Source: an uncultured Chloroflexia bacterium
Lineage (GTDB): Bacteria; Chloroflexota; Ktedonobacteria; Ktedonobacterales; JADMIN01
Assembly (NCBI GenBank): GCA_963718915.1
Contig: CAVRAI010000001.1
Coordinates: 60,001 to 92,000 of the forward strand
DNA length: 32,000 nucleotides
Reading direction: 5' to 3'
Of this stretch, positions 1-7,401 are shown piece by piece (the stretch's first letter is position 1; each line of letters opens with the position of its first letter). A program made the translations under genes and the position numbers. A model generated the notes under the pieces. That model was not told the DNA's origin, did no database searches, and saw only the letters and a program-made list of their open reading frames with translations.

Positions 1-1053
1 CCGCTGCTGATCATCTGGGCGATACTGTATCCCGTCGTGAATCTGATTCATAACCTGGATAGCACCCAGTTCTTCGTGCAGTGCTCGCAGAAGACCGAGA
101 TTCCTGCCTCCTGCACCTTCACGCCATTCAGTGGCTACATCATCTGCGCCATCGTCTTCACCAACCTGTTCGCAATCCTGGTCGCGGGCCTGTATTTCTG
201 GAGCACCCGCCGCAACACCGTGATACTCGGCTGCACGATAGCGTTGATCTTTGTAGCCATTGCGCCGCTGGTCATCCACCTGGATCAATTTACGCAGATC
301 CCGATTGGCATCTTGCTGGCGCTGGGCATTGTCGTGCTGGCGTTCATCTATACCTGGGCGACCCAGCGGGAATTCGCGCCGACCGCCCCGCAGCAACTCG
401 GCTGCGCCGGGCAGTGGCTGGTGTTGGGGACGCTGTTGCTTTTCTTGATGATGGGCTTCGCGTTCTTCTCGCTGCCAACCTACTACGAGCTGGAATCCGG
501 CCTGATGTTCTTCTATCAGCCGGGTGCTGGCGGACTGCATGACGCCTGGTGGATGCTGCTGCTGATGGGCGGCCTGGGCCTCTATCAACTGGTCGTGCTG
601 ATGCGCCGCCGCTACCATCCGATGGGCAACTGGCGTAAGTTTGGCCTCTGGGTCAATGCGATTGCGCTGGCGCTGATGGTGACGGCGGGAATCAACGGCT
701 TCCACGCGGATGTGCTGCAGAAGGGCATCGACGCGATGGATGGCTCGCACGCCATGTTTGTCACGGCCATCTGTTTCGCGATTGTCGGCATCGCGGCCTG
801 CGCCATCGCGGCGGTACGCACGCGGTCTATTCCGTGGCTGGTGGCGATTCTGGTGAGCGTGCTCATCGGACTTGCGCTCGCCTTCGTCGCCTACAATCTG
901 CCGAATCCGTATCCTGAACTGGTCATCTTTGGGTTCGCGCTGACGATGCTGGGCGCGTTCGCCTACACCGCCGCTGGCCCCGACCCGGAGGATGTCTACC
1001 TCAACGGCTACGAGACCAGCGAAGGCGCCGTCACAGCGGCCACACGCTCCTGA
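1..1053 (+). CDS. polytopic integral membrane protein, family not recognised (probably 5'-truncated by the window edge)
   Basis: ORF 37..1053 stays open in frame back to base 1. Many hydrophobic helices (IICAIVFTNLFAILVAGLYFW, LLFLMMGFAFFSL, LVAILVSVLIGLALAFVAY). No known motif seen. Confidence 0.6.
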   Translation, partial: PLLIIWAILYPVVNLIHNLDSTQFFVQCSQKTEIPASCTFTPFSGYIICAIVFTNLFAILVAGLYFWSTRRNTVILGCTIALIFVAIAPLVIHLDQFTQIPIGILLALGIVVLAFIYTWATQREFAPTAPQQLGCAGQWLVLGTLLLFLMMGFAFFSLPTYYELESGLMFFYQPGAGGLHDAWWMLLLMGGLGLYQLVVLMRRRYHPMGNWRKFGLWVNAIALALMVTAGINGFHADVLQKGIDAMDGSHAMFVTAICFAIVGIAACAIAAVRTRSIPWLVAILVSVLIGLALAFVAYNLPNPYPELVIFGFALTMLGAFAYTAAGPDPEDVYLNGYETSEGAVTAATRS

Positions 1054-1082
1054 GACTGCCGAGTGTAGTGTGCTTCGCAATA

Positions 1083-1112
1083 CGGCCCGTAGCCAGGAAT
1101 GGTTGCGGGCCG
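1083..1112 (+). terminator. 13-bp stem / GNRA-tetraloop hairpin, copy 1 of a repeated 3'-end element
   Basis: cggcccgtagcca-GGAA-tggttgcgggccg about 30 nt after the stop at 1053. G:U pairs make the fold good only in + strand RNA. Near-identical copy at 4898..4927. No U-tract follows. Confidence 0.4.
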
Positions 1113-1362
1113 CGTTTCATGGAGGCGGCAATCATCTCCCAGCTATGAAATCCCTGGATCGCTTGCTGGTAGGTTGTGTTCACTCGCGCTAAGAGCACGA
1201 ACGTTCAGCTTTGCATCTTGCCGTTTGGTCCATGGCTTTGGAAGATGGCAGGATATTGGCGGCTTGATCTGCTGAGGGTTGTCGGAGCGCACCAACAGCA
1301 ATGAGTGCTATCGCCGCCTCGATAGCGACCAGACTGAGGGAGGCGTTGTGGGACGCGCCTTA

Positions 1363-2544
1363 TCAGACAGGATTACGGAGGCGATTTTCGCGTGTCCGGG
1401 CGTTCACCTTCCAACGTGGCACCCAGACTGATCGGTACCAGACGTAGCATAGGCCGCCGCCGACAAGAAGCACGATGAAGCCGCAGCCCGCCTGGTCGGA
1501 TCCCATAGCCGCAATCCCCCCGATGATGAGCCATAAAGGGAGCAACGCGGCCAGACCCACCAGTATCGCCATGACGAAGGTTGCGCCGACGCTACCATCA
1601 TATCCCTCCGTCATACTCCCCAAAGCTCTCCACGCTGAAAACGGGATATTGAAGGTATGCCCCTCCATTTTCTGGAGATACGCCTCGGATCCCCCAATAG
1701 ACTGGCGCGTTTCCTGGTCCAGATGCTTGACAGCCGATGCGCGACCCAAATACTCGCGCATGCGTTGGATTTCTGCTTCCGATGTTACTGCGTATCCGTC
1801 ATCCGACTTATCCTGTGGCACAGCCTCAGCCAATAGAATCAATATCCGCGCGTAGTAGAAACAGGCCGTCTCGTCATTAGAGTCTGCGCGATAGACGCGC
1901 TCAATGATAGGCAACGCCTGTTGCAGTTGTCCGTTTTCCGCCAAAACACCGCCAGCAGCGAGTTGATACAACGGCTCATCAGGATCCAACGTTGACGCCT
2001 GCTGATACTCACGGAGAGCATCATTCCACTTTCCGGCAAGCTCGTAGATGAAGCCCAGATCGCCGTGTTTCCAGGGATCCTGCGGCGCGAGTTCGACTGC
2101 GCGCCGCCCTTCGTAGATCGCGTCGTCAAAACTGCCTTGCCCCGCATGGGCGCGTGAGAGCGCCGACCATGCCTCGGCGGAATTGGGCTGGCCCGATTGC
2201 GCTTCTCTTGCTGCTCCCGCAGCGGCGTGGTAATCCCCTTGTTCTAGATAATATTCCGCCCGCTGGAGCGAATCTTCAGGCAATGCGACAGGCGATGTTA
2301 CGCTAGATAGCATGCTCACGGCCATTGGGACGGGTTGTCTGTCATAGGCAACACGTTGCTGCGCATTTGAGAGAACCTTAAACGCCTGCTCAATCATTGC
2401 CAGCCGTTTCGCGGCCTCCTCGCTCACGCTGGTGTCGGACGATGCGGCGCGAATTCGCCAGATTTGCGTCTGCCGATGGTATCCCGCGCGAATGTCTGCT
2501 TCCGACGCCTTCCGCTGCACATCGAGGATTGCGTAATAGTCCAC
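1363..2544 (-). CDS. J-like domain / TPR-repeat protein with C-terminal double transmembrane anchor
   Basis: GTG start at 2544 with AGGAGA 5 nt upstream. The N-terminus DYYAILDV..ASEADIRAGY....FKVLSNAQQRVAYD fits the J-domain helix pattern, but no HPD tripeptide is present. Central AEYYLEQGDYHAAA / AWSALSRAHAGQG / AIYEGRRAVELAP stretches are TPR-like. Two hydrophobic helices near the C-terminus. Confidence 0.75.
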   Translation of the reverse strand: MDYYAILDVQRKASEADIRAGYHRQTQIWRIRAASSDTSVSEEAAKRLAMIEQAFKVLSNAQQRVAYDRQPVPMAVSMLSSVTSPVALPEDSLQRAEYYLEQGDYHAAAGAAREAQSGQPNSAEAWSALSRAHAGQGSFDDAIYEGRRAVELAPQDPWKHGDLGFIYELAGKWNDALREYQQASTLDPDEPLYQLAAGGVLAENGQLQQALPIIERVYRADSNDETACFYYARILILLAEAVPQDKSDDGYAVTSEAEIQRMREYLGRASAVKHLDQETRQSIGGSEAYLQKMEGHTFNIPFSAWRALGSMTEGYDGSVGATFVMAILVGLAALLPLWLIIGGIAAMGSDQAGCGFIVLLVGGGLCYVWYRSVWVPRWKVNARTRENRLRNPV

Positions 2545-2676
2545 TCGTGTTCTCCTGCACCAACACTATCTTCTAGCGCCGCATAGGCCCCGCTCAGCGG
2601 GAAACTCCATCGAAGACCAGGCCAATGCGGCGATAATGCTCAACCACGAAGACGCTAGCTGAGGGCAATCCACTGG

Positions 2677-2769
2677 CTACCTGCCAAGGGTTTTGCCGCA
2701 CTCTGAGCAGTGTGGCTTGCCATCATTGCGAATCTCGATGGGTGCGCCACAGCACGAAGACTTTGCCAT
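2677..2769 (-). CDS. 30-aa Cys-rich (zinc-ribbon-like) small protein, below the ORF-track cutoff
   Basis: Own translation: MAKSSCCGAPIEIRNDGKPHCSECGKTLGR, stop TAG at 2677..2679. GAGGA 6 nt upstream of the ATG. Same strand as, and between, the 61-aa Zn-finger ORF and the J-like gene. Confidence 0.4.
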   Translation of the reverse strand: MAKSSCCGAPIEIRNDGKPHCSECGKTLGR

Positions 2770-2874
2770 GGGGTGTCCTCACTTAATCTTACAGGCATCA
2801 GAACCTGGAGCGGTCTGCGATCCGTGCTTCAAGTGGTCTTAGTGCATCTGAAACCCGCGATGCAATGAGTTCAT

Positions 2875-3060
2875 CTAACGGTGATTATGGGATCCAGCGC
2901 CTGGCTTTCCACCAACGCCGTTGCAGGTTGGGCATGTGACCCGTTCCTTGATGACCGCGAATCTCTTTGGGTCTACATTTCGGGTTTGCTCTATTGTGCC
3001 GGTACCACGGCAGGTCATGCATTTGAAACAGTTGGGGCAGCTTGGATCGTAACCTGGCAT
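2875..3060 (-). CDS. 61-aa small protein with DnaJ-type CxxCxGxG zinc-finger motifs
   Basis: AGGAG 6 nt upstream of the ATG at 3060. Motifs CPNC, CMTCRGTG and CPTCNGVG (two full CxxCxGxG plus one CxxC). His-rich tail SHNHR. Confidence 0.6.
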   Translation of the reverse strand: MPGYDPSCPNCFKCMTCRGTGTIEQTRNVDPKRFAVIKERVTCPTCNGVGGKPGAGSHNHR

Positions 3061-3241
3061 GCAAGACTCCTGTTCCAGCCTGTTCTAGCTTTTGCGCAGA
3101 CGCCAACGCCTTTTAGGTATCGGCTTAGGTGTCGGCGTGCCCATATCGAGCAACGCCGACAATGAGGATGAAGTGAGCGCATGTCCTGCCATCAGCCAGT
3201 TTTAGCGATAGCGACATGCATCTCCACTCCAAATGTGACGA

Positions 3242-3388
3242 CTACTTCTTCCCCTTGTCTTTCTGCGCGCCTGTGACGGCGATTTGTCCGATTGCAGGCC
3301 TGAGATCGGGCTTGGGCTTAGCCAGACCGGGTCTCGATTCAGGCAGTCGCGAAGGGTTGTTTGGCCCTTTCTCTGGATTTGATGGCAT
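3242..3388 (-). CDS. 48-aa Pro/Lys-rich small protein (internal start of track ORF 3242..3448)
   Basis: Near-perfect SD AAGGAGGTGA 5 nt upstream of the ATG at 3388. Product MPSNPEKGPNNPSRLPESRPGLAKPKPDLRPAIGQIAVTGAQKDKGKK. No family recognised. Confidence 0.45.
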   Translation of the reverse strand: MPSNPEKGPNNPSRLPESRPGLAKPKPDLRPAIGQIAVTGAQKDKGKK

Positions 3389-3522
3389 GCTCTTCACCTC
3401 CTTTCCTGTTAAGTTGTGGTAGAGCCGGGACATGAAATCTTTGTGCAAGGATTTGTTCTCGCGTCCGTTGACTCTGGACGTTAGTATGTCGGATATTGCT
3501 GGGTTGCGGAAGGGACGATTGA

Positions 3523-3544
3523 GTGTACATTTAGGTGTACATTT
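3523..3544. promoter_or_regulatory. direct repeat GTGTACATTT x2 (12-bp register), operator candidate in a divergent intergenic region
   Basis: gtgtacattt at 3523..3532 and 3535..3544, each containing the palindrome TGTACA. Lies between the minus-strand small-protein operon and the HTH gene starting at 3662. Confidence 0.2.
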
Positions 3545-3661
3545 CCCAAAGTCGTGGAATATTCGGGGTATTGTGATAGAGAGGGATCGGCGGTATGATA
3601 GTATCTTGTCATCAAGAAGATACCGTTCTGCGAAGATTAGTTCATCGCGGGAGAAGCGCGA

Positions 3662-4864
3662 ATGGCAGCGAACGGGTGGAGTAGTGTCAAAGAGGCTTTG
3701 AACGAGCGTCGCGCTGAATTACGTTTGACACTAGAGATGTTGGCAGAGCGAACGAATATTCCATACGATACGGTTAAGAGTTACACGAGTGGCAGAAGAA
3801 AAAACCCTGGCAAGGAACATGCCATCCAACTGGCCATCGCTCTGGAGTGGGATGGCGACACTCGCGACAAATTCTTAGATCTGTGCCGTAGAAAACAACC
3901 CCGCACAGCGATGGCAGATATGGTCGCGCCAGCAGCCGTAGATATCCCAATCCCAGCGCCACTAGATACGGACTTGCTAGAACCAGCGGAGGCGCCTTCG
4001 CAATCTCTGGGTGATGTGCCGCCGCAGATGCCATCGGATGTGACACCTCGCGCTACGCTTCGAGAGTTTTTTACGGTACTCTACAATCACTACCGAGGCA
4101 GGCCAGGAAAATTGGTATCTATTGCCATGTCGCTGCTCGTCATCGCGGGAGTGGCGGCCCTGGCGCTGGCTGCCATCTTCCCCCGGCAAGTGAACAGCGT
4201 GTCCAGGTATGAATCGGTTGTCACCTATGCGAATGATGAGACCTTGTGTCCAGGCGTGACGACTCTGTGCCAGATCGTAACCGGCTCGGTCCAGGGAAGT
4301 GTTCATATGATCTGCTGGCAGGATGCCGTCGGAATTAATGGCAAAGGGAATCGTTGGTTCTATATCCAGGCCCCTGATGGCTCTGAGGGCTTTGTCCATG
4401 CGTCTGCTGTTTCCCAGCAGATCCATACCCCATACTGCAGCAAGATATCCTGGATGAATGCGGTAGCCTGGGCGCTCGGCGAGGATGGGCAGATAACTAT
4501 CCAGTCCGACGCCAGGAAGGGCAGTGACGCGACATCCTGGTCATCACAGAGTTGGCTCTTTGCTTACGACGCCTGGAAGCTCGGAGCAGGTCACACGCCG
4601 ATTTATTCTGGCGCGACAGCCCAGCAGACCGGGGAGATGTACAGAGGCACTGGCGCATGGCGCACTGCATCCAGCAGCCCTCCACGCGGCTCGTTAGTCT
4701 TCTTTACTGATGGCGGCTCTGGTCGTGTTGCCGTGTCTCTTGGAAATGGCTGGGTTGAGATCGCTCAGAGTGCAAATGAGACTCAGATGCTACCAGTATT
4801 TCACATGACCATTGCCCAGGTTGAGCTTACGCAAGTAGGGTATGTTCCCCCGAATCTGGTCTGA
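3662..4864 (+). CDS. XRE-type HTH / single-pass membrane / SH3b-like / CHAP-NlpC-P60-like (apparently catalytically dead) protein
   Basis: N-terminal LTLEMLAERTNIPYDTVKSYTSGRR is an HTH. One TM helix (LVSIAMSLLVIAGVAALALAAIF). NRWFYIQAPDGSEGFVHASAV is SH3b-like. The C-terminus ...SQSWLF...PPRGSLVFF...GRVAVSLGNG resembles the QC..F / GHVA.V CHAP pattern with Cys->Ser and His->Arg. Confidence 0.7.
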   Translation: MAANGWSSVKEALNERRAELRLTLEMLAERTNIPYDTVKSYTSGRRKNPGKEHAIQLAIALEWDGDTRDKFLDLCRRKQPRTAMADMVAPAAVDIPIPAPLDTDLLEPAEAPSQSLGDVPPQMPSDVTPRATLREFFTVLYNHYRGRPGKLVSIAMSLLVIAGVAALALAAIFPRQVNSVSRYESVVTYANDETLCPGVTTLCQIVTGSVQGSVHMICWQDAVGINGKGNRWFYIQAPDGSEGFVHASAVSQQIHTPYCSKISWMNAVAWALGEDGQITIQSDARKGSDATSWSSQSWLFAYDAWKLGAGHTPIYSGATAQQTGEMYRGTGAWRTASSSPPRGSLVFFTDGGSGRVAVSLGNGWVEIAQSANETQMLPVFHMTIAQVELTQVGYVPPNLV

Positions 4865-4897
4865 GCGGATTCTTGACGTGTTTTGCGCTGCCCGATG

Positions 4898-4927
4898 CGG
4901 CCCGTAGCCAGCAATGGTTGTGGGCCG
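4898..4927 (+). terminator. 13-bp stem / GNRA-tetraloop hairpin, copy 2
   Basis: cggcccgtagcca-GCAA-tggttgtgggccg about 34 nt after the stop at 4864. Differs from copy 1 only in the loop (still GNRA) and by a G:C to G:U change. Confidence 0.4.
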
Positions 4928-4984
4928 TCACTTGTTATGGCACACTCCTTTTTAGAGAACGACCACCCTGGAGGACTCATCTCA

Positions 4985-5908
4985 ATGAACGACCTGCAAG
5001 ACGACCTTGCGTTCGTCCGCCTCGCACGCAAGGTAGCTCCGGACAGCATATTGCTCCGCGCGTGGACGCTGCATGGCGGCATCTCGGCGCGGGTGACGGC
5101 GCTCGAGCTTCAGCACGCCGACGGCCAGACACAGAAGCTGATCGTCCGCCAGCATGGCGCCGCCGACCTCGCGCGCAACCCACAGGTGGCCGCCGACGAA
5201 TTCGCGCTGCTGCGGATCGTGCACGACGCCGGAGTGCTCGCGCCCGCGCCATATTACCTCGATCAAGCAGGCGAGTTGTTTGGAACACCTCTCGTCGTCC
5301 TCGAATACATCGAAGGCGAGACCGTCTTCGCGCTCGCGGACGCGCCCGATCTCCTGCCACAGTTCGCCCGGCATCTCGCGGCGATTCACCGGATAGACTG
5401 CGCGTCGCATGACCTCTCCTTTCTGCCAGACCAGGCCGCTCATTGGGGCAACATTATCAGCACTCGACCCGCGCGCCTCGACGACTCGCTGAGCGAAGGT
5501 CGTATCCGCACCGCGCTGGAGGCCACATGGCCATGGACGCAGCGCAATACATCCAGCCTGCTCCATGGCGACTACTGGCCCGGAAATATCCTCTGGCGCG
5601 ATGGGCAGCTTGTCGGCATCGTCGATTGGGAGGATGCCGCCATTGGCGACCCCCTGGCCGATATCGCCATCAGTCGGCTCGATCTGCTCTGGGCGTTCGG
5701 CGCGGACGCCATGCAGCGCTTCACACGCGAGTACGCCGTGGTTGCGCCCATTGATTTCACCAATCTGGCATACTGGGATCTCTGCGCCGCACTGCGACCG
5801 GCGGGCAGGCTCGGCGACTGGGCCAGCGATGAGGCCGCTGAAGCGCGGATGCGCGAGCGACACGGGCTGTTCGTCGCGCAGGCAATGGAGCAGCTATCCT
5901 CCCGATGA
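4985..5908 (+). CDS. aminoglycoside/choline-kinase-type phosphotransferase (APH family)
   Basis: Motif LLHGDYWPGNILW...GIVDWEDAAIGDPLADIA (catalytic loop plus DxD-type Mg site). ATG at 4985 preferred: GGAGGA lies upstream, and the 4883 start would read through the 4898..4927 hairpin. Confidence 0.8.
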   Translation: MNDLQDDLAFVRLARKVAPDSILLRAWTLHGGISARVTALELQHADGQTQKLIVRQHGAADLARNPQVAADEFALLRIVHDAGVLAPAPYYLDQAGELFGTPLVVLEYIEGETVFALADAPDLLPQFARHLAAIHRIDCASHDLSFLPDQAAHWGNIISTRPARLDDSLSEGRIRTALEATWPWTQRNTSSLLHGDYWPGNILWRDGQLVGIVDWEDAAIGDPLADIAISRLDLLWAFGADAMQRFTREYAVVAPIDFTNLAYWDLCAALRPAGRLGDWASDEAAEARMRERHGLFVAQAMEQLSSR

Positions 5909-5927
5909 CAAGTGGGTATGAGACACC

Positions 5928-5937
5928 CCAACGCGCG
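5928..5937. repeat. left copy of the 10-bp target-site duplication CCAACGCGCG
   Basis: Identical 10-mer abuts the outer side of both IS inverted repeats (5928..5937 and 7236..7245). Confidence 0.8.
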
Positions 5938-5955
5938 CAGGGCTTGTGAATTATT

Positions 5956-7143
5956 TTAGAGGAGGAGGGTGAGGGCACGACGGGGATGATAGGCGAAAGC
6001 GCGCCGACTGGCGGTAATGTCGCCCGAGCCGGAGCGATGAATGAGCGTAATCGCGAGATTGCGACAGGCGGCGAGAATCTGGGGAGCATTGCCGGAGCGC
6101 AGGCGGGAACGATCTTCGCCGCACGAGACATCGCGGACGTAGTGCAAGCCATTTTCGATTCGCCAGTGGCCGCGAATCAGCGCGAGTAACCGCGCGGGAC
6201 TGGCTTGAGCCGACGTGAGCGTGGTTATGAGGTAGACCGTTTCGCTCCGGGCAACGCCGGTTGCGGTCGTGGTGACCGTGCGTGTGAGTTGGGCGACCTG
6301 AGCAATATCGGGCCAGGGGGACTGCGTGGCCAGAGAGGCCGTGAGATCAGCGCTGACCCGAATGGAGCGGACTTCATGGCGTCCCCGCTGGCGGTCGTGG
6401 GTGACGGCCGAGCAGGTAGACGTCAGGGGGTCGGCAAAGAGCGCGGCCAGATCGGCGGCAAGAGTTGGCTGATTGCCTTTGACGGTGAGCACGACGTCAC
6501 CGCCCGGGGCGCGCACCGTCGTGACGAAGGCGGTTTGGGTATGCAGGGCATCCGCCGTACAGACGCGCCCCCGCCAGCGCAACCGGGGGAGGATCGCCTG
6601 AGCAACAGGAATCTCGTTGGTCTTGTCCGCCACCCGCACTTGCCGCAAGGTCTCCTGCGAGTGGTGGGTACAGAAGGCCAACAAATGTGGAGCCGCTTGC
6701 TCCCCGGTTCCGGCGCCGCGCACCGTTTTGCCGTCGAGCGCGACCGCCTCGGTATCATCTTCCGGCCGGGTCTGCTGCACCCAGGTCGCCAGGGCGTCTT
6801 CCAGGGCGTCTTCCAGGGCGTCAGCATCCAGTCGGGGCAGCAGCCGACGATAGAGCGAGCCGGAGGGGGTAAGATGGCGGCGGGAACCAAAGACGTGGCG
6901 CAAGAGGGGACGGTGTTCCTGACACCACTGGCCTACCGCCCGGGTTGAGTTGCAGCCGCACAGCAGCGCGGCGACTAGACAGCTCAGCAGCATGGGCAGG
7001 GGATAGCGTTGGCCGTGGCGACTGCGCGGGTCGGGAATCGCTCCAAATGTGGTGTACAAGCTGGTGAGAGTTCCATCCAGACAGGATTGGGGAAGCTGCG
7101 GGCGTTGGGGGCAAGGCGTCGGCGTACCGGGCGTACAATACAT
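5956..7143 (-). CDS. ISAs1-family DDE transposase (H-repeat-associated type)
   Basis: N-terminal FGAIPDPRSRHGQRYPLPMLLSCLVAALLCGCNSTRAVGQW and C-terminal IRGHWRIENGLHYVRDVSCGEDRSR are typical of ISAs1 transposases. GGAG upstream of the ATG at 7143. Confidence 0.85.
   Translation of the reverse strand: MYCTPGTPTPCPQRPQLPQSCLDGTLTSLYTTFGAIPDPRSRHGQRYPLPMLLSCLVAALLCGCNSTRAVGQWCQEHRPLLRHVFGSRRHLTPSGSLYRRLLPRLDADALEDALEDALATWVQQTRPEDDTEAVALDGKTVRGAGTGEQAAPHLLAFCTHHSQETLRQVRVADKTNEIPVAQAILPRLRWRGRVCTADALHTQTAFVTTVRAPGGDVVLTVKGNQPTLAADLAALFADPLTSTCSAVTHDRQRGRHEVRSIRVSADLTASLATQSPWPDIAQVAQLTRTVTTTATGVARSETVYLITTLTSAQASPARLLALIRGHWRIENGLHYVRDVSCGEDRSRLRSGNAPQILAACRNLAITLIHRSGSGDITASRRAFAYHPRRALTLLL
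6789..6822. repeat. in-frame 12-nt tandem repeat inside the transposase (EDAL-EDAL)
   Basis: ccagggcgtctt x 2.8, giving ..DALEDALEDAL.. in the protein. Confidence 0.8.
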
Positions 7144-7235
7144 GCGCGTGCTCCGTTTCGGTCGCTGGGTGAAGCAAGAGTCTCCAGCTTACCAGACTCG
7201 AAGCACGTCTCCTTCTCAATAATTCACAAACCCTG

Positions 7236-7245
7236 CCAACGCGCG
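7236..7245. repeat. right copy of the 10-bp target-site duplication CCAACGCGCG
   Basis: See 5928..5937. Confidence 0.8.
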
Positions 7246-7253
7246 GTTGAGGC

Positions 7254-7282
7254 TAGCCAGAGAGGCGTACGAGTGCTATGAT
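7254..7282 (+). promoter_or_regulatory. candidate glgA promoter (TAGCCA-17-TGcTATGAT, extended -10)
   Basis: TATGAT at 7277..7282 preceded by TGc. Weak -35 at 7254..7259. Lies 9 bp from the IS target duplication. Sequence match only. Confidence 0.25.
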
Positions 7283-7401
7283 GAAGTCCCACCTGTTGCT
7301 GGATGGGCAGGACATGGGTAAAAAGCAGGCAAAATTGCGGTGTGCAACACTGTGGTGCGTAGTAGTGGTCAGTGGTCAATGTTCGCACATGGAGGAACGC
7401 C

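Larger units (their letters stand above)
5938..7235 (-). mobile_element. complete ISAs1-family insertion sequence (1298 bp)
   Basis: IRL cagggcttgtgaattatt (5938..5955) versus the reverse complement of 7218..7235, cagggtttgtgaattatt (17/18). Flanked by a perfect 10-bp direct repeat. Contains a single transposase ORF. Confidence 0.85.

Noticed and set aside
3085-3192. 35-aa minus-strand ORF (MAGHALTSSSLSALLDMGTPTPKPIPKRRWRLRKS) between the 48-aa and 61-aa small genes
   Set aside because: It has no SD-like sequence upstream and no distinctive motif, so it cannot be told apart from a chance ORF. It is left unannotated.
4982-5863. 293-aa minus-strand ORF opposite the APH-family kinase (similar antisense ORFs at 7435..8055, 8263..9084, 13486..14118, 15584..16213, 19475..20068, 24977..25858, 26418..27209, 28945..29898)
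   Set aside because: These are typical high-GC shadow ORFs. Each lies entirely antisense to a gene with clear family motifs, is Arg/Ala/Gly-rich, and shows no motifs or SD.
6205-6948. 247-aa + strand ORF inside the IS
   Set aside because: It is antisense to the intact ISAs1 transposase and has no recognisable domain. ISAs1 elements encode a single ORF.
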